64,000 nucleotides of DNA from Heteronotia binoei. Taxonomy: Eukaryota. The stretch spans positions 96,286,001 through 96,350,000 of the forward strand of contig NC_083230.1 in the NCBI RefSeq assembly GCF_032191835.1. The letters run 5' to 3'. Position numbers and translations under genes: made by a program. The notes under the pieces are model-generated. The model worked only from the letters and a program-made list of their open reading frames with translations. It ran no database searches and had not been told where the DNA came from. Of the stretch, positions 1-11,424 are shown piece after piece (position 1 is the stretch's first letter; each line of letters starts with the position of its first letter).

Positions 1-959
1 CTGTGTCATCCCGCCACTCGGACAGGAACAGCCACACCTGGCGAAATCTTTCCTTCAAATGCGATGCTTTCAGATCTAAGTGCCTCTAATTGCAGCAATT
101 GTTGCTATAGTCAGTTTGAGCTGGAAAAGCTAATTGCGGGTGTTTTTGATCTAAAGGGGATGTTAATCTCAGGTAAGGTACTCATTCCTTGGGTAGGTAC
201 TAAAGACAGCTATTAAAAGTCTGCTTCGGCAAGCTATTATGGTTCTTTTGTTCTTTTGGCTCTCAGGGTGTCTGGTCATCGTCTCATTTAAATTCTGGGT
301 CAGGTGTACAGGATTTTGCTTGAAATGAAAGCACAAGGTTACAGACGGAAGCAGGTGGGGACTGAAGGAGTAAATGTTAATGACTCTCTAACATCTCATA
401 ACAAAACGATGGCTAATTAGATTCTGCACTACGTTTTCAGCCATTTTCATATCCCACATTGTTTCTCCAAGGGAAATTTCCATTAACAACAAAGTCAACT
501 TTTTTTGCTGCTGCTGCTGCCTGTTCTTTTCCATCTGAAATCCTAAGCCTTTGTGAACACACACAATTAATTGCTGTGGCAATTATGATGATGTCACCGG
601 GAAAGGATTATGACTTTTTAATGAGAAAATGAACTGCCATTGTGTATTTCCTTTTCAACCAAGAATTACTTTCACTATGAATGCTGGGAAGAAAAGCAGT
701 GTTGGAGAGCAGATATATAGTGTGAGGAGGCCAGAATGGTTAGCACTAGAGAGGTGGTCTGTGAGATCCAGTAACTGAGATCTTGGATTTGGGACACTGT
801 GGTCTCATCTGTTGCTTACTTGGCCGTGGCTTTCTTATTTGATGAGTAAGTCACTGCTTCTCAAAGGCAAAGCACAAGGAACAGCCGTGTTTCTGGAGTG
901 CCCCTTTTCTACCATATATAGGCAATGACAGCAATCCCAGGAAGGATCCATTTCCTGAC

Positions 960-1460
960 CAACAGCATGGTGCAGTGGTTAGAGTGCCAGACTTAGGATC
1001 TGGGAAACCCAGCTTCCAATCCCCACCTGCCATGGAAGCTTTCTGACCTTGGACCAGTCACTTGGACCAGAGCCAGTTTGGTGTAGTGGTTAAGTGTGTG
1101 GACTCTTATCTGGGAGAATCGGGTTTGATTCCCCACTCCTCCACTTGCACCTGCTGGAATGGCCTTGGGTCAACCATAGCTCTGGCAGAGGTTGTCCTTG
1201 AAAGGGCAGCTGCTGTGAGAGCCCTCTCCAGCCCCACCCACCTCACAGGGTGTCTGTTGTGGGGGAGGAAGGTAAAGGAGATTGTGAGCCGGTCTGAGAC
1301 TCTTTGGAGTGGAGGGTGGAATATAAATCCAATATCTTCTTCTTCTTCTTCTCAGCCTAACCTACCTCACAGGGATGTTGTGGGGATAAAATGGAGGCAG
1401 GGAGAATGGTGTTGGCTGCTTTGGGTCCCCATTGGGGAGAAAGGCAGGGTATGAATGAAG
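960..1460 (+). mobile_element. Old MIR/Ther1-like tRNA-derived SINE, split by a younger SINE
   Basis: tRNA-like head (tggtgcagtggttagagtgccagac...) at about 965-1060; core ctcagcctaacctacctcacaggg resumes at 1351 after the insert. Confidence 0.6.
1069..1351 (+). mobile_element. Young Squam3-like SINE (tRNA head, L2-type tail, (TTC)n end)
   Basis: Head agagccagtttggtgtagtggttaag...gggtttgattcccc with A/B-box-like motifs; tail ggagggtggaatataaatccaatatcttcttc; near-identical to copies at 20127, 21246 and 63465. Confidence 0.85.
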
Positions 1461-1658
1461 CAGATATATCAATAAAGTCAACTGTTCTCCACCTAGGCAT
1501 AAGATGGCACTGATGGTTAATTAATGCATAAGAAGCATTTTCGGTATGAGGAGCCGGGCTGTTCAGCTTACATTACAAATACTGCTACCTCTGCTTTCCC
1601 ACTGCAGTCATTTAAGCTCCCCAGTGACCCCCTAGAACACCATAGGGCCAAAGTTTGG

Positions 1659-1893
1659 AGAGCCTGTTTGCTGTAGTGGTTAGGTACTTAGACTCTAATC
1701 TGGGAGAAGTGGGTTTGATTCCCCACTCCACATGAAGCCTGCTGTGTGACCTTGGGCAGTTCTCAAAGGGCTCTCTCATTCCCATCTACCTCATGGGATG
1801 TCTGTTGTGGGGAGAGGAAGGAAAAGATTTTAAGCAGCTCTAAGACTGAATGAAGGGCAGGGTATAAATCCAATCCTCCTCCTCCTCTTCCTC
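1659..1893 (+). mobile_element. Older Squam3-like SINE
   Basis: Same head and core as the 1069 copy; tail gaagggcagggtataaatccaatcctcctcc. Confidence 0.7.
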
Positions 1894-2209
1894 ATCTGAC
1901 AGCAGTGAGAAGAGAAAATAGGAAACAATTTTCCTCCCTCTTTTCCATGAGTGGAAGTCCCTACCATGAGTGGAAAGACAGCTTTGGATCTAAGCCATTG
2001 TTTCCACCAATGTTTGGACAGCTGCAACAGCAGCCTTTTTACACTATGGGGCACTCAGTTAATGTAAAGATTTGGCTGTCTGGAGCTCCAAACTTGCTTT
2101 GTGGTGGTTCTTCCATGGGGATTTTTTTCTATGCAGCTACTTCCTGTGTGAATTTGACCACAGGTCTTGAAAGGGGTGGGATTTCTACTTTTCAACCTGA
2201 ATTGATATA

Positions 2210-2860
2210 TGTCATATAAATTGGAGCACTGCACAAAAGTGGTTAAAATGCTGGCTAGGTCCATATTTATCAAATGCTGGCTAGGTCCATATTTATCAAA
2301 GCTAAATTCCCAAGTCAGAGTCAACGTTCAGGTCAAAGGTCAGTTACTGGGACACAGCAGAGTTCAGTTCAGAGCAGTACACAGGAAGTGAGGTCTAATA
2401 ATCCAAGGTCCTTCAGGTGCAGGCCCAAGAGTTGTGGTCATTAAGCAGGTCCAGAGTCAGGTAGTTCAGAAGTCTCAGAAGAGAACACAACCTGATTCAA
2501 TGGTCATGTCATCAGTGGCAGCGTGATGCGTTGCTTTCATGTCTGATTCATCTGCCGCTTACCCTTTTATGCTAGGCTTGCAGCTGTATTGGGCTCATGA
2601 GTGAGCTGTCAGCCTGGCTCGTTAGTCCCAGGTGGTCCTCCTGAGTTGTCAGACCAAGGTGCCCTTGGGCAGCTGGGCATGTGCTTTACCCCCTTTCAAG
2701 GAGTTCCAACTGCACCCTCTGGTGCCAGCGCTCAATGTCTCATATGGATCCTGGGTTGTCCGCTCACAACATCTCAACATCCTGGGTTGTTGAGGCACTG
2801 CCTTTCTGGGATGACCCCTCAGCAGACCCAATGTTCCTGGGGTCTGAGGGCATGCTATCA
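2210..2860 (-). mobile_element. Probable solo LTR (Gypsy-like)
   Basis: Minus strand runs TG...TGACA; TATA-like gcataaaagg; U5-like ctgactctggacc/tgacctttgacctgaac repeats; no polypurine tract upstream; TSD unclear. Confidence 0.5.
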
Positions 2861-2999
2861 GCATCTAACTGTGTACTGGAGCCTGCCTCTGTTGTTTGTG
2901 CATTGCTGCAGAACACAAAGCACAACATATTGTGACCAAATCACAAGAAACAAATAGAATATTATAAATCTATTCAAAGAATCTTTACAAGAAAACCCT

Positions 3000-3795
3000 C
3001 AAATGACAATATAATCAATCGTTTTCAGCACCATGGATACTGTATTTGGTTTCTGTGTTGTTGACAGCACTGTAAGTCTTGTCAGGATAGGCCAGCTCAA
3101 GCTAACCCACAAGAATATTCCCACTGAGTTATTATTGGGCTGACTATCCAGGCTCTGTCCTACTTTTAATTTTTTATAACTCTTGATCATATTCTCCCAG
3201 GTATTAATAGCACACATGGCTTTGCAAAATAATCACAGTGTGCATCCTGATACCAGATGTTCAATAGTGTATCAGAATTATTTCAGCATTGGGTTTAGGC
3301 AATTCTGGGAAACAATAACTAAGCATCTGGCATGTAGTAGTCATTGAGCAATGAGGTTTTATCGCCATCTTATTTGGTGTCATAATTCTATCCAATTTGC
3401 CACTACATTGAAGTGAATCTGTTACTAATGGGCAGGGAAGATTTTCTTTAATCGTGGGCTGTTTCAGCAAAAGTAACCACAGAAGACCCATTTGGTTCTA
3501 CTTTACGCAGAGCCCAACACCAACACTATCATGATGAAGGCTTTATAGAGTACCATCTCAACAACTTGGAGTAACAAGGTTTCCTGGGATGAGATGGGTG
3601 GTCTTGCAGTTTCCTCCTTTGGCCGGAGCTGAATGCCTGCCTGATAACACTGGGGTCACTTGTTCATGACCTGTGGTGGGCAATGTTCTTATGCCTTGGT
3701 AAGGTTTAATGTATCCATAGCTTTATATTAATCAAGTGTTACCATTTCTGAAATAATCACTTCTAAGACTTTTGAGATGTTGTCATGCTGTCTTC
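3000..3795 (-). pseudogene. Highly decayed R4/Dong-type (restriction-like endonuclease) non-LTR retrotransposon ORF fragment
   Basis: Frameshifted, collinear motifs on minus strand: NGN...KAMDT, IRTLPT, RHSAPAKGG, SGKL, TIEHLVSGC (CCHC knuckle), DYLQSH, QP...NS...FLW...PILT...KPNT...TIDYIVI*G (PD..D region). Confidence 0.5.
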
Positions 3796-3868
3796 AGTAG
3801 CTCCTTCAGGGAGCTTTGACTTTCGAAAGCTTATCTCTGGAAATCTTATTAGTCTTTAAGGTGTTATT
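3796..3868 (+). mobile_element. Penelope-like element terminal fragment
   Basis: gggagctttgactttcgaaagcttat...ttagtctttaaggtg resembles the reptile PLE terminus also seen at 7440, 20068 and 25378. Confidence 0.45.
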
Positions 3869-4320
3869 CAGGCCTCAGATTCAGCAGGAACTTACAGGAG
3901 CGCAGCTTCTGAACCTTTCTGACAGTTCCCCTTCTTCCTCCCCACCTACCGGCCATTGAATAGTAGGTGCAGCTGCATAACAATCCCTGGATTAGGACAG
4001 CGGGCAGCCAGCCAGCCACGAGGGGCTTGGCCATGCCCCCAGCACCCTTTGTTAACCTCTGGAGAAGCCCACGCCACTCTTTCTCCACTTCTTATGTAAT
4101 TTTGGGTGATGGGTGACTTGCTGGCCTTTTGACTGGGGGGGGGGGCAAGAGAGCCCTAGACAAGTGAGGCCTGCTTGGGCTGGTTGGATCTCTAGCCATC
4201 CCAAGCAGGCCTCACTCACCTGGGGCTCTCCTTTCTTGCATCAGGTTGCTTTTGGCTGGGGAGCAGCGGCAGCATATGCTAATGAGTTATGCTAATGAGT
4301 TCAGCCACCGAATCTTGCTC
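3869..4320 (+). mobile_element. Non-autonomous DNA element with internal hairpin
   Basis: Starts caggcctcagattcagcagg; internal inverted repeat gtgaggcctgcttggg...cccaagcaggcctcac (about 4164-4216); atgctaatgagtt x2. Confidence 0.35.
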
Positions 4321-4332
4321 TTCTAAATCTAT

Positions 4333-4535
4333 GAGAGCTAGTGTGATACAGTGGTTAAGAGTATTGCTCTAGGACTGGTGAGACCTAGGATCAGATCCCC
4401 ACATTGTTAAGAAGTCTACCTTGGGTTATTCACTTTTACTTTAATCTATCTGGCAGGGTTGTTGTGGAGATGAAATGCAGGAGGGGAGAACCATATATGC
4501 TGTCCTGATTTTTTTTGAGGAAGGATGAGATAAAC
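4333..4535 (+). mobile_element. Old MIR-like SINE
   Basis: Degenerate tRNA head gtgtgatacagtggttaagag and core gggttgttgtggagatgaaatg. Confidence 0.5.
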
Positions 4536-5116
4536 AGTGAAAGATGGGTTTTGTTCTACTAATTATTCTACCAGACCCCACTCTCCTGCCACCAATCAAC
4601 TGACTGATGGGAAGACTTACCAGGACAGAGATGAAGGCCCAGGCAACATTGCTGGCAATGTGGCAACATCACTTCCATTTTTACTATAGGGGTTTTGTGC
4701 ATGTTGGAAGTGACATCTCTACATTGCCTCTCTCCTGATAAATCTACCCCAACTCCTGCTGGTTGCAAACCCTATAGTCAAATCACCTTCCTGGGGAATA
4801 GCATGAAAATCTAAAACCATATTGATCTCTATTGAGGTAAGTCCGTCTTTTTTAGATTTGGAAGTTGAAAGAAAAGGACCAGCTACATATCAAAATGCAT
4901 TATAAATAGATAGATGGATAGATACACATACATATATATTTAATGTTTTGTAGTACTTATTTGGGCAAGAAGATGTTATTTAAAGACTGCTGATTCACTG
5001 GCTCCCTTAAGAAATTTTATTTTTATTTTTTTCACCCCTCATATTTTATAGAGCAAAAACTGCAAATTGCAGGATGTCTAATTAGGAAGCTTTGAGGAAA
5101 AGATGACAAAGCAGCG

Positions 5117-5130
5117 GTTGCCATGGAAAT
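5117..5130. promoter_or_regulatory. RFX X-box-like motif
   Basis: gttgccatggaaat, close to the GTTGCCATGGCAAC consensus, in a repeat-poor stretch. Confidence 0.25.
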
Positions 5131-5697
5131 GGAAGTCGATAGCTGGTTTACAGCCAGCATCCAGACAAAGCAAGAGACTCTGATGAGCTATTCTTGGGGT
5201 CAGTGGGAGGTAGCCAGTGAGAATGAAAGGGAGGTGTGTGGGCCCAGGCATACAGTACTGCATGGAGTGCCACATTCCTGGGCATCGATAAATGAAAATT
5301 TACCATGTCCTCTAACCACAACACTCCCACCAGGCTCGATCAATGGTCAGGTTCAGAATCCAGTCAAGAACAGACTGGAGCTGGGTTATACCTTGTCTCA
5401 GGAGGTGGATTTGTCACATTTCCAGGTGGGACTTGTAAGAAAAGAAAGGAAACCTGGGTGGACCATCCATTGGGCAAACCTAGGCAATTGTCTAGGGCAC
5501 CATAGGTGGAGGGGCACAAAAACCAATCCCACCACTTTCCTGCCTGCCTGCCACTTCAAGGGAAATGGCAACCCCAGGTGGTGCCCCCTGGCTTTAGTGA
5601 GTGGCTTGCAATGAGACTGCCCTTTTCTTTGTTCCTTCCCTCCCTCTACCAGAGGGTGGGCCCTCCTTCCCTCCCCTTCCACTGGGGATGGGCCAGG

Positions 5698-5888
5698 TAG
5701 GGCTGCCTACCTCCAAGTGTTGGCTGGTGGTCTCCAGGGATTACAACCAACCTCCAAGTAACAGAGATCAGATCACCTGGAAGGTGGCATTATACCTCAC
5801 TGAAGTCCTTCCCTTTCTCAAACAGCACTCTCCTTAGAATCCACCCCCAAAATCTCCGGATATTTCCCAGTCCAGAGCTGATAACCCT
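5698..5888. mobile_element. Short hAT MITE (TAGGGTTGCC-type TIR)
   Basis: tagggctgcc...gataaccct; 8-bp TSD gggccagg. Confidence 0.65.
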
Positions 5889-6065
5889 GGGCCAGGGGTG
5901 GGATCCTTTTCCAGGGCATCCCAATCCACCCTGTTGGGAGGTGTGGCACCACAGAGGTCCTGAGCCCCAGTCAGCGTGGCATGAGCAGGGACAGCAATGT
6001 GTGTGGGGGTGGTGGTGGTGGGGAGGATGGCAGCAGCTTCCTCACAATGTGGGAGAGGGTGGTGA

Positions 6066-6551
6066 TAGGGTTGCTAAGTCCAATTCAAGAAATATCTGGG
6101 GGCTTTGGAGGTGGAGCCAGGAGCAAAGGTGTGACAAGCATAATTGAACTCCAAAGGGAGTTCTGGCCATCACATTTAAAGGGATGGCACACCTTTTTAA
6201 TTCCTTCCTTCCATAGGAAATAATGAACGATAGGGGCACCTTCTTTAGGGGCTCATAGAATTGGATCCTCTGGTCCGATCTTTTTGAAACTTGGGGGTAT
6301 TTTGGGGAGAGGCACCGGATGCTATACTGAAAATTTGGTGCCTCTACCTCAAAAAACAGCCCCCCCCTGAACCCCATATACCCATGGATCAATTCTCCAT
6401 TATTTTCTATGGGAATAAGTCTCCATAGGGAATAATGGAGTGCCCAGCAGACATCTCTCTCCCCTTCCCCCGCTTTCTATTGACCCTGAAGAGGGGGAAG
6501 GGCCTCCAAACCGGAGGATCCCCTGCCCCCACCTGGGGATTGGCAACCCTA
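6066..6551. mobile_element. hAT MITE, TAGGGTTGCCAA TIR family (Blackjack-like)
   Basis: TIRs tagggttgctaa / ttggcaacccta; perfect 8-bp TSD ggtggtga. Confidence 0.85.
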
Positions 6552-6794
6552 GGTGGTGAACTCATTTGCCTAGGAAATCAGAAATCCTTGAGGCAATCAC
6601 AAGATTACTGTTAGACCTGGCCCTTCTGTGATATTTTAGCACTTCTGAATGCATTATTAAATTATATACAATAATTTGTACATTTGCACTAGTTATATTT
6701 TACTTTCTTTTTCTTTGTTTCAACCTTTTTGGTTACCGTACTGGTAAACTTATCCGTTCTATGCTCATTATAGTGGCTGAGGGTTACATCTGGG

Positions 6795-6976
6795 CAGGAC
6801 TTTTTTTGTAGCTGGAATTCCTTTACATATTAGGCCGCACACCCCTGATGTAGCCAATCCTCCAAGAGCTCACAGGGCTCTTAGTACAGGGCCTACTGTA
6901 AGCTCCCGGAGGATTGGCTACATCAGTGGGGTGTGGCCTAATATGCAAAGGAGTTCCTGCTACAAAAAAAGCTCTG
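6795..6976. mobile_element. Palindromic hAT MITE (CAGGGCTTTTT TIR family)
   Basis: Whole element is an imperfect inverted repeat; TSD catctggg/catctgga. Confidence 0.85.
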
Positions 6977-7439
6977 CATCTGGAGATCATTAAGGCAGGA
7001 TAAGGGCAATAGTGTAAAGCTGGGCAGACTGCTTGGGTGGACATTAGGGTATTACCACTTGGAAAGATTTATCAGCTGCTTTTAAAAAGTGTTTCTGAGA
7101 AACTTTCATTCTTTAATGTAAGTCCCATAGCTTTAAAAGCTTGCTTTAAAAAATATTTTAGTTGAAGCAAATTGGGCTTGCAGTGGGATATGGCATGCCC
7201 TGACTCCACTTTGGTTACAGAACTGAGCATACATTGTCATGCTTTTTTTGGAGGGGGGGAGTGTTATATTTAGTGCTTTCTATTGTTCAGTTTGACATAT
7301 TTATTTCAGGTATTCATATATACTCTGCCTTTCTCACCACATAGTCATCACCCGAGGGAGATAACAACAATAAACACAATAGAAAAGGCAAGACAGAAGT
7401 TGCAAGAAACCATTTTGGTCCACAGTCAACTTCCAAAAC

Positions 7440-7545
7440 CATAAGTTGGGACCATTTGAAATATCACAAAACCATGCATATCAAAGCATGTGTGAGCTTT
7501 CATGGTCTCTAGAACTCTTCATCAGGTTAGATACCCAATACAAAA
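7440..7545 (-). mobile_element. Penelope-like terminal fragment with hammerhead-like core
   Basis: Minus strand ctgatgaagagttctagagaccatgaaagc (core 7498-7525). Confidence 0.45.
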
Positions 7546-8389
7546 AGAAATAGATGGGTAGAAAATAAGGTCTCTCAAGATACAATGGCAAACCTAAAGT
7601 CTACAATTATATCTTAGAATAGGAACTGCTGAGATAAGCAGCCCAGTCTTAAGACCCTGACGCATGCACATCTCTGTGGACACATTAGCACCCACTGGCT
7701 GGCTGCTCCCATCTCTGCCTTCTGCAGGGGCACCATCATCATGCTGAGTCCTGATTGGTGGGTTGTGACGGACTCCAGTGTAATTGCGCTATGCTCTCTG
7801 AACCTCCATGAGAGGTCTACTATTCTCTCCTATGGCACATCTCCCATTGAGGATTTAGCCATAACCCTAAACCCTTCAGAAATGGGTTTAGGATGGCCCT
7901 ACTAATTACTTTGTAACATATGGTAACTTTATTACATTTTAAAACTTCTGCTCTAGGGTGCCTTGAGAACTACTCTAGTATGAAGGCAGAGTTGAAATCC
8001 TCTACATAAAATGAAATAGGTTTTCAGCCTTGCCTTACTACAAAATATGCGTGAAGTGAAAACTCCATATAAATGTTTATTAACAACAGCAACAAAAAGT
8101 CTAGGACTGCTTACATATAGTATTGTTGACACAGATCCGCAGCTGCCTAACAAAGACATTCCTGTTTCCTAGCAATTAAGAGTAGTTGCTGGCCTCCTTT
8201 TTAAAAGAACATTCAGAACTGGAGCAGCAATGGATGAAGTTGATAAGGGCTCAACATGTAGCGATGGAGAGGCCCATAATTATTATGGATAATAAACCAA
8301 GGTAGCTTCAACACTACACGAGTGAGTTAAAAATGTTGACAAAGAGGGGTCTTGAAGCTTGGAACCGGCACATGAATATGGGATGTGGA

Positions 8390-8558
8390 CAGGGCTTTTT
8401 CTGTAGCAGGAACTTCTTTGCACCCTCCTGATGTAGCCAATCCTCCAAGAGTTTACAGGGCTCTTAGTACAGGGCTTACTGTAAGCTACAGGAGAATTGG
8501 CTACATCAACGGGGTGTGGCCTAATATGCAAATGAGTTCCTGCTACAAAAAGGCCCTG
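8390..8558. mobile_element. Palindromic hAT MITE (CAGGGCTTTTT family)
   Basis: TIRs cagggcttttt / aaaaaggccctg; same internal arms as the 6795 copy. Confidence 0.8.
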
Positions 8559-9452
8559 GGTGGGAAGGAGGACTGATAGGGGAATGATTCTGCCGTTTTG
8601 GCAGAAAGTTGGACATTTCTGTGATTCTAGCTGATGTGTTGCTATTCAGAGCAGCTGTGAGGTTCTTAGAGCTTCCCCTCTACATAATTGTTGTGAATGC
8701 TCTTCTAAAATAATTGTTTAGAATGGATGCTGTGAGGGAGATTCATTCACCTCCAAGCCATCCTCTGTGCCCATATCAATTTATGAGATCCCAGAGGCAC
8801 AGTTTACATTATAGATTACATGATGTCATCATTTTAGTATCTCATACCCAGCCATACCTCCCAGCAGCATTTCATTCACCAATGCCAACAGCGATGGAAA
8901 TATTATCCACTTACTTTTGATTAATACTCTTGGCGTCCAACTGACTGTGTGGTTCCATTCGTGGAATGCTGTGTTTCAGTGCAAGAGGTGTGTATTCAAA
9001 TCCAGCTATGAATCCACCAGGCCACCTTGTACAAGTTAATGGGTCAGATGGAGACTGCTTTTTCACTCCATTTTACTTAGTTCTGCTCCTTACTACAGAC
9101 CTTATCCCACATGCCTTTTTCTCATGCAGGTCCCACAATCCCCAGCATAGCCTTTTGGTGATCAAAGGGGACCTTTCCTCCCTTTCCACCAATGAAAAAG
9201 CTGGTTGGCACACCAAACATATGGTTGGCACACAAACTATATCTACCAAACATAGTGGTGGGGGATGAATGAGATAATGCAGGACTCAGTGCAGTCTGCA
9301 ATTCTGTGGGAACACTGGAAGGCAAATGCAGGCTCTGAGCCTGGTTCTCAAATCTAGCTTTTTGGAAATCACAGAAAGAAACAATTTGCTAATCCCTGTG
9401 ACCGAGACAATCAATTTGATGTATGAGCAATCCCTGCCAATGAAGATAGAGG

Positions 9453-9650
9453 TGAACATGTGAAGCTGCCTTATACTGAATCAGATCTTTGGTCCATCAA
9501 GGTCAGTATTGCCTACTCAGAATGGCAGCAGCTCTCCAGGGTCTCAGGCAGAGGTCTTTCCTATCACCATTGCCTGGTCCCATTAAGTGGAGATGAACCT
9601 GGGACTTTCTGCATGCCAGGTAGATGCTCATCCGCTGAGCCATAACCAAA
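9453..9650 (-). mobile_element. tRNA-derived SINE with CR1-type tail (Squam2-like)
   Basis: Minus strand ggctcagcggatgagcatctacctggcatgcagaaagtcccagg...gaccaaagatctgattcagtataaggcagcttcacatg; same family at 9700-9795, 12838-12960, 42950-43150, 58120-58320. Confidence 0.7.
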
Positions 9651-11424
9651 AGTGTTGCAGAATATGCTTTCTAGCGACTGGGGATAGAGCATTTATGTCC
9701 TGTATGACTCCTGCCGCTGCCAGTCTGAGAAGACAATACTGACTTTGATGGACCCAGGGTCTGATTCAGTATAAGGCAGCTTCATATGTTCATATGTTCC
9801 TTTTCATTGCCTCTGACTAGTAGAACTTAAATAATTCATGCACAATAGTAAAAAATGACAGAATAAATTATGCAAAATGTGAAATTAAGCACATGTGCTC
9901 AGTTTCTACAATTTATATCAGTCACAGGATTTGTTGGTGCAGAATTATAATATCTTTAGTCTGGGGCACTTTTTAAAAAAATGTTCCAGTTTTGGAAATA
10001 AGAATTGTACAGTGATAGGTTCAGCGGCACCTAGGGATTTCTGTGACCAAACCAAAGAAGAGGATCTCCAAAAGGAGAAACTGGGAAACTTTTTTGGCCT
10101 TGCTGTTCAAGTCAGGAAAGCAGGTAAAGAGTTATGCCTTTGATAACAGTTTTGTGATGAAATGTGAACTTATGCTAAGAGAGGAAAAACATGCCTCTTT
10201 TGACCTGCTGTGGGAGATTCCATCAGAGGGGTAGTAATCCCTTAGAAAACTGCATGCTTTGCGGCCTCTGCTATGCATTCTGTCGAAGGAGAACATTGAA
10301 GCCAGGTAATTAAAAGTATCAGCTCTTTATCTGGGAGAGGAGGATATTAAATTATGTACAGTAAATATTTTGGGGAGGTAGAACTGGAAAGAGAACGTTT
10401 TGATTCATGGCAGACTGCCAGGCTGCTGCAATAGGCCAAGACTCAGTCATGCTCAGAATCTAGTTTAAACTTGGGTGAAATACATATATTTAAGGGAACG
10501 ACAGGATATATCAGAGGAAGGGTGTTATGGAGTACCCATAATTTTCCAGTCACCAGCCTCATTTGTAATGGAGCACAGTGCTGGCAAAAAACTGAGCCCT
10601 CATACATCCAAACACACAGCCCAGTTTTTCATATAGCTGTCAAATTGATTGTGGGCACTGCAGAAAAGTTTGCTCAGCATTCGGTTTTTGGCTGTTCTTG
10701 TGACTGGCAATATTAGCAAGGCTGTTGAGCCATGGCAGGCCAAATTGGCAGTGAAACTAAAATGGACATGTTTGTCACAAATGCAGATAAGCTAGCAATG
10801 CTGAAAAAAGACAGCTGGCATTAAACCGAGAACTGGGCACCTTGGCAAGATTTCTGCAAGACTGGGGTGGGAAGTTCAATGTCATTCCTATATTTTTCAG
10901 TCTCAGGGGAAGGAAGCCACGGAATGCCGAGCAGATGGGAAGGACAGGCAGATGTGCATTGGTATGCTGGGCATATGATTTTCATATGTTGCACTTGATT
11001 GAATGCCAAAGCCCCAGATGCTTCTCCCTGAGCATCACCCAGAGTTCTTTGGAGGAAGGTGTATGTGGGGAGGAGATGCAAATGGGATACAATAGCCTGG
11101 CTATTGAGGTCAGCACGCATTCTTAGTGGGGAAAATGACCTGGGTGTAGGAAGCAGGTGATAGGCAGGAAGAGAGATAGAGCTGGACTCTAGAAATTGAA
11201 TGCTTGGTGTCAGGGAGAGCTCTCAAGAAGTAAAGATATTCCTCACCTGGAGCCATAGCTGTGACTTTAAAAACTCAAAAGAGACTTGATAGCTGCCCAA
11301 GTTCTGATTTTCAAGTTAGCTAAAAAGGCAGAGTTGTGACATGGAGCCTATGCTCCAGAAATGTTGCAATCTCTAATAACATCACCGTGACTTTCATGCA
11401 TGGGACCGAGGGCCTTGTGTGGCC

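Noticed and set aside
1069-1140. tRNA genes
   Set aside because: These are SINE heads with A/B-box-like motifs and no complete cloverleaf, always followed by SINE body
1062-1454. Recurring ORF family MVKCxDSYLGEPG... (also 20115, 21257, 56358, 63389)
   Set aside because: Incidental translation of the Squam3-like SINE, not a gene family
2861-3795. Retroviral or fusion-protein env remnant next to the LTR (Cys-rich, hydrophobic C-terminal stretch)
   Set aside because: No polypurine tract, furin site or immunosuppressive motif; ordered motifs fit an R4/Dong-type LINE better
5123-5614. 163-aa ORF sharing the peptide ENLPCPL with the minus-strand ORF at 3261-3491
   Set aside because: No similarity beyond about 10 residues; one 7-residue match among roughly 300 short ORFs is plausible by chance; no recognisable domain
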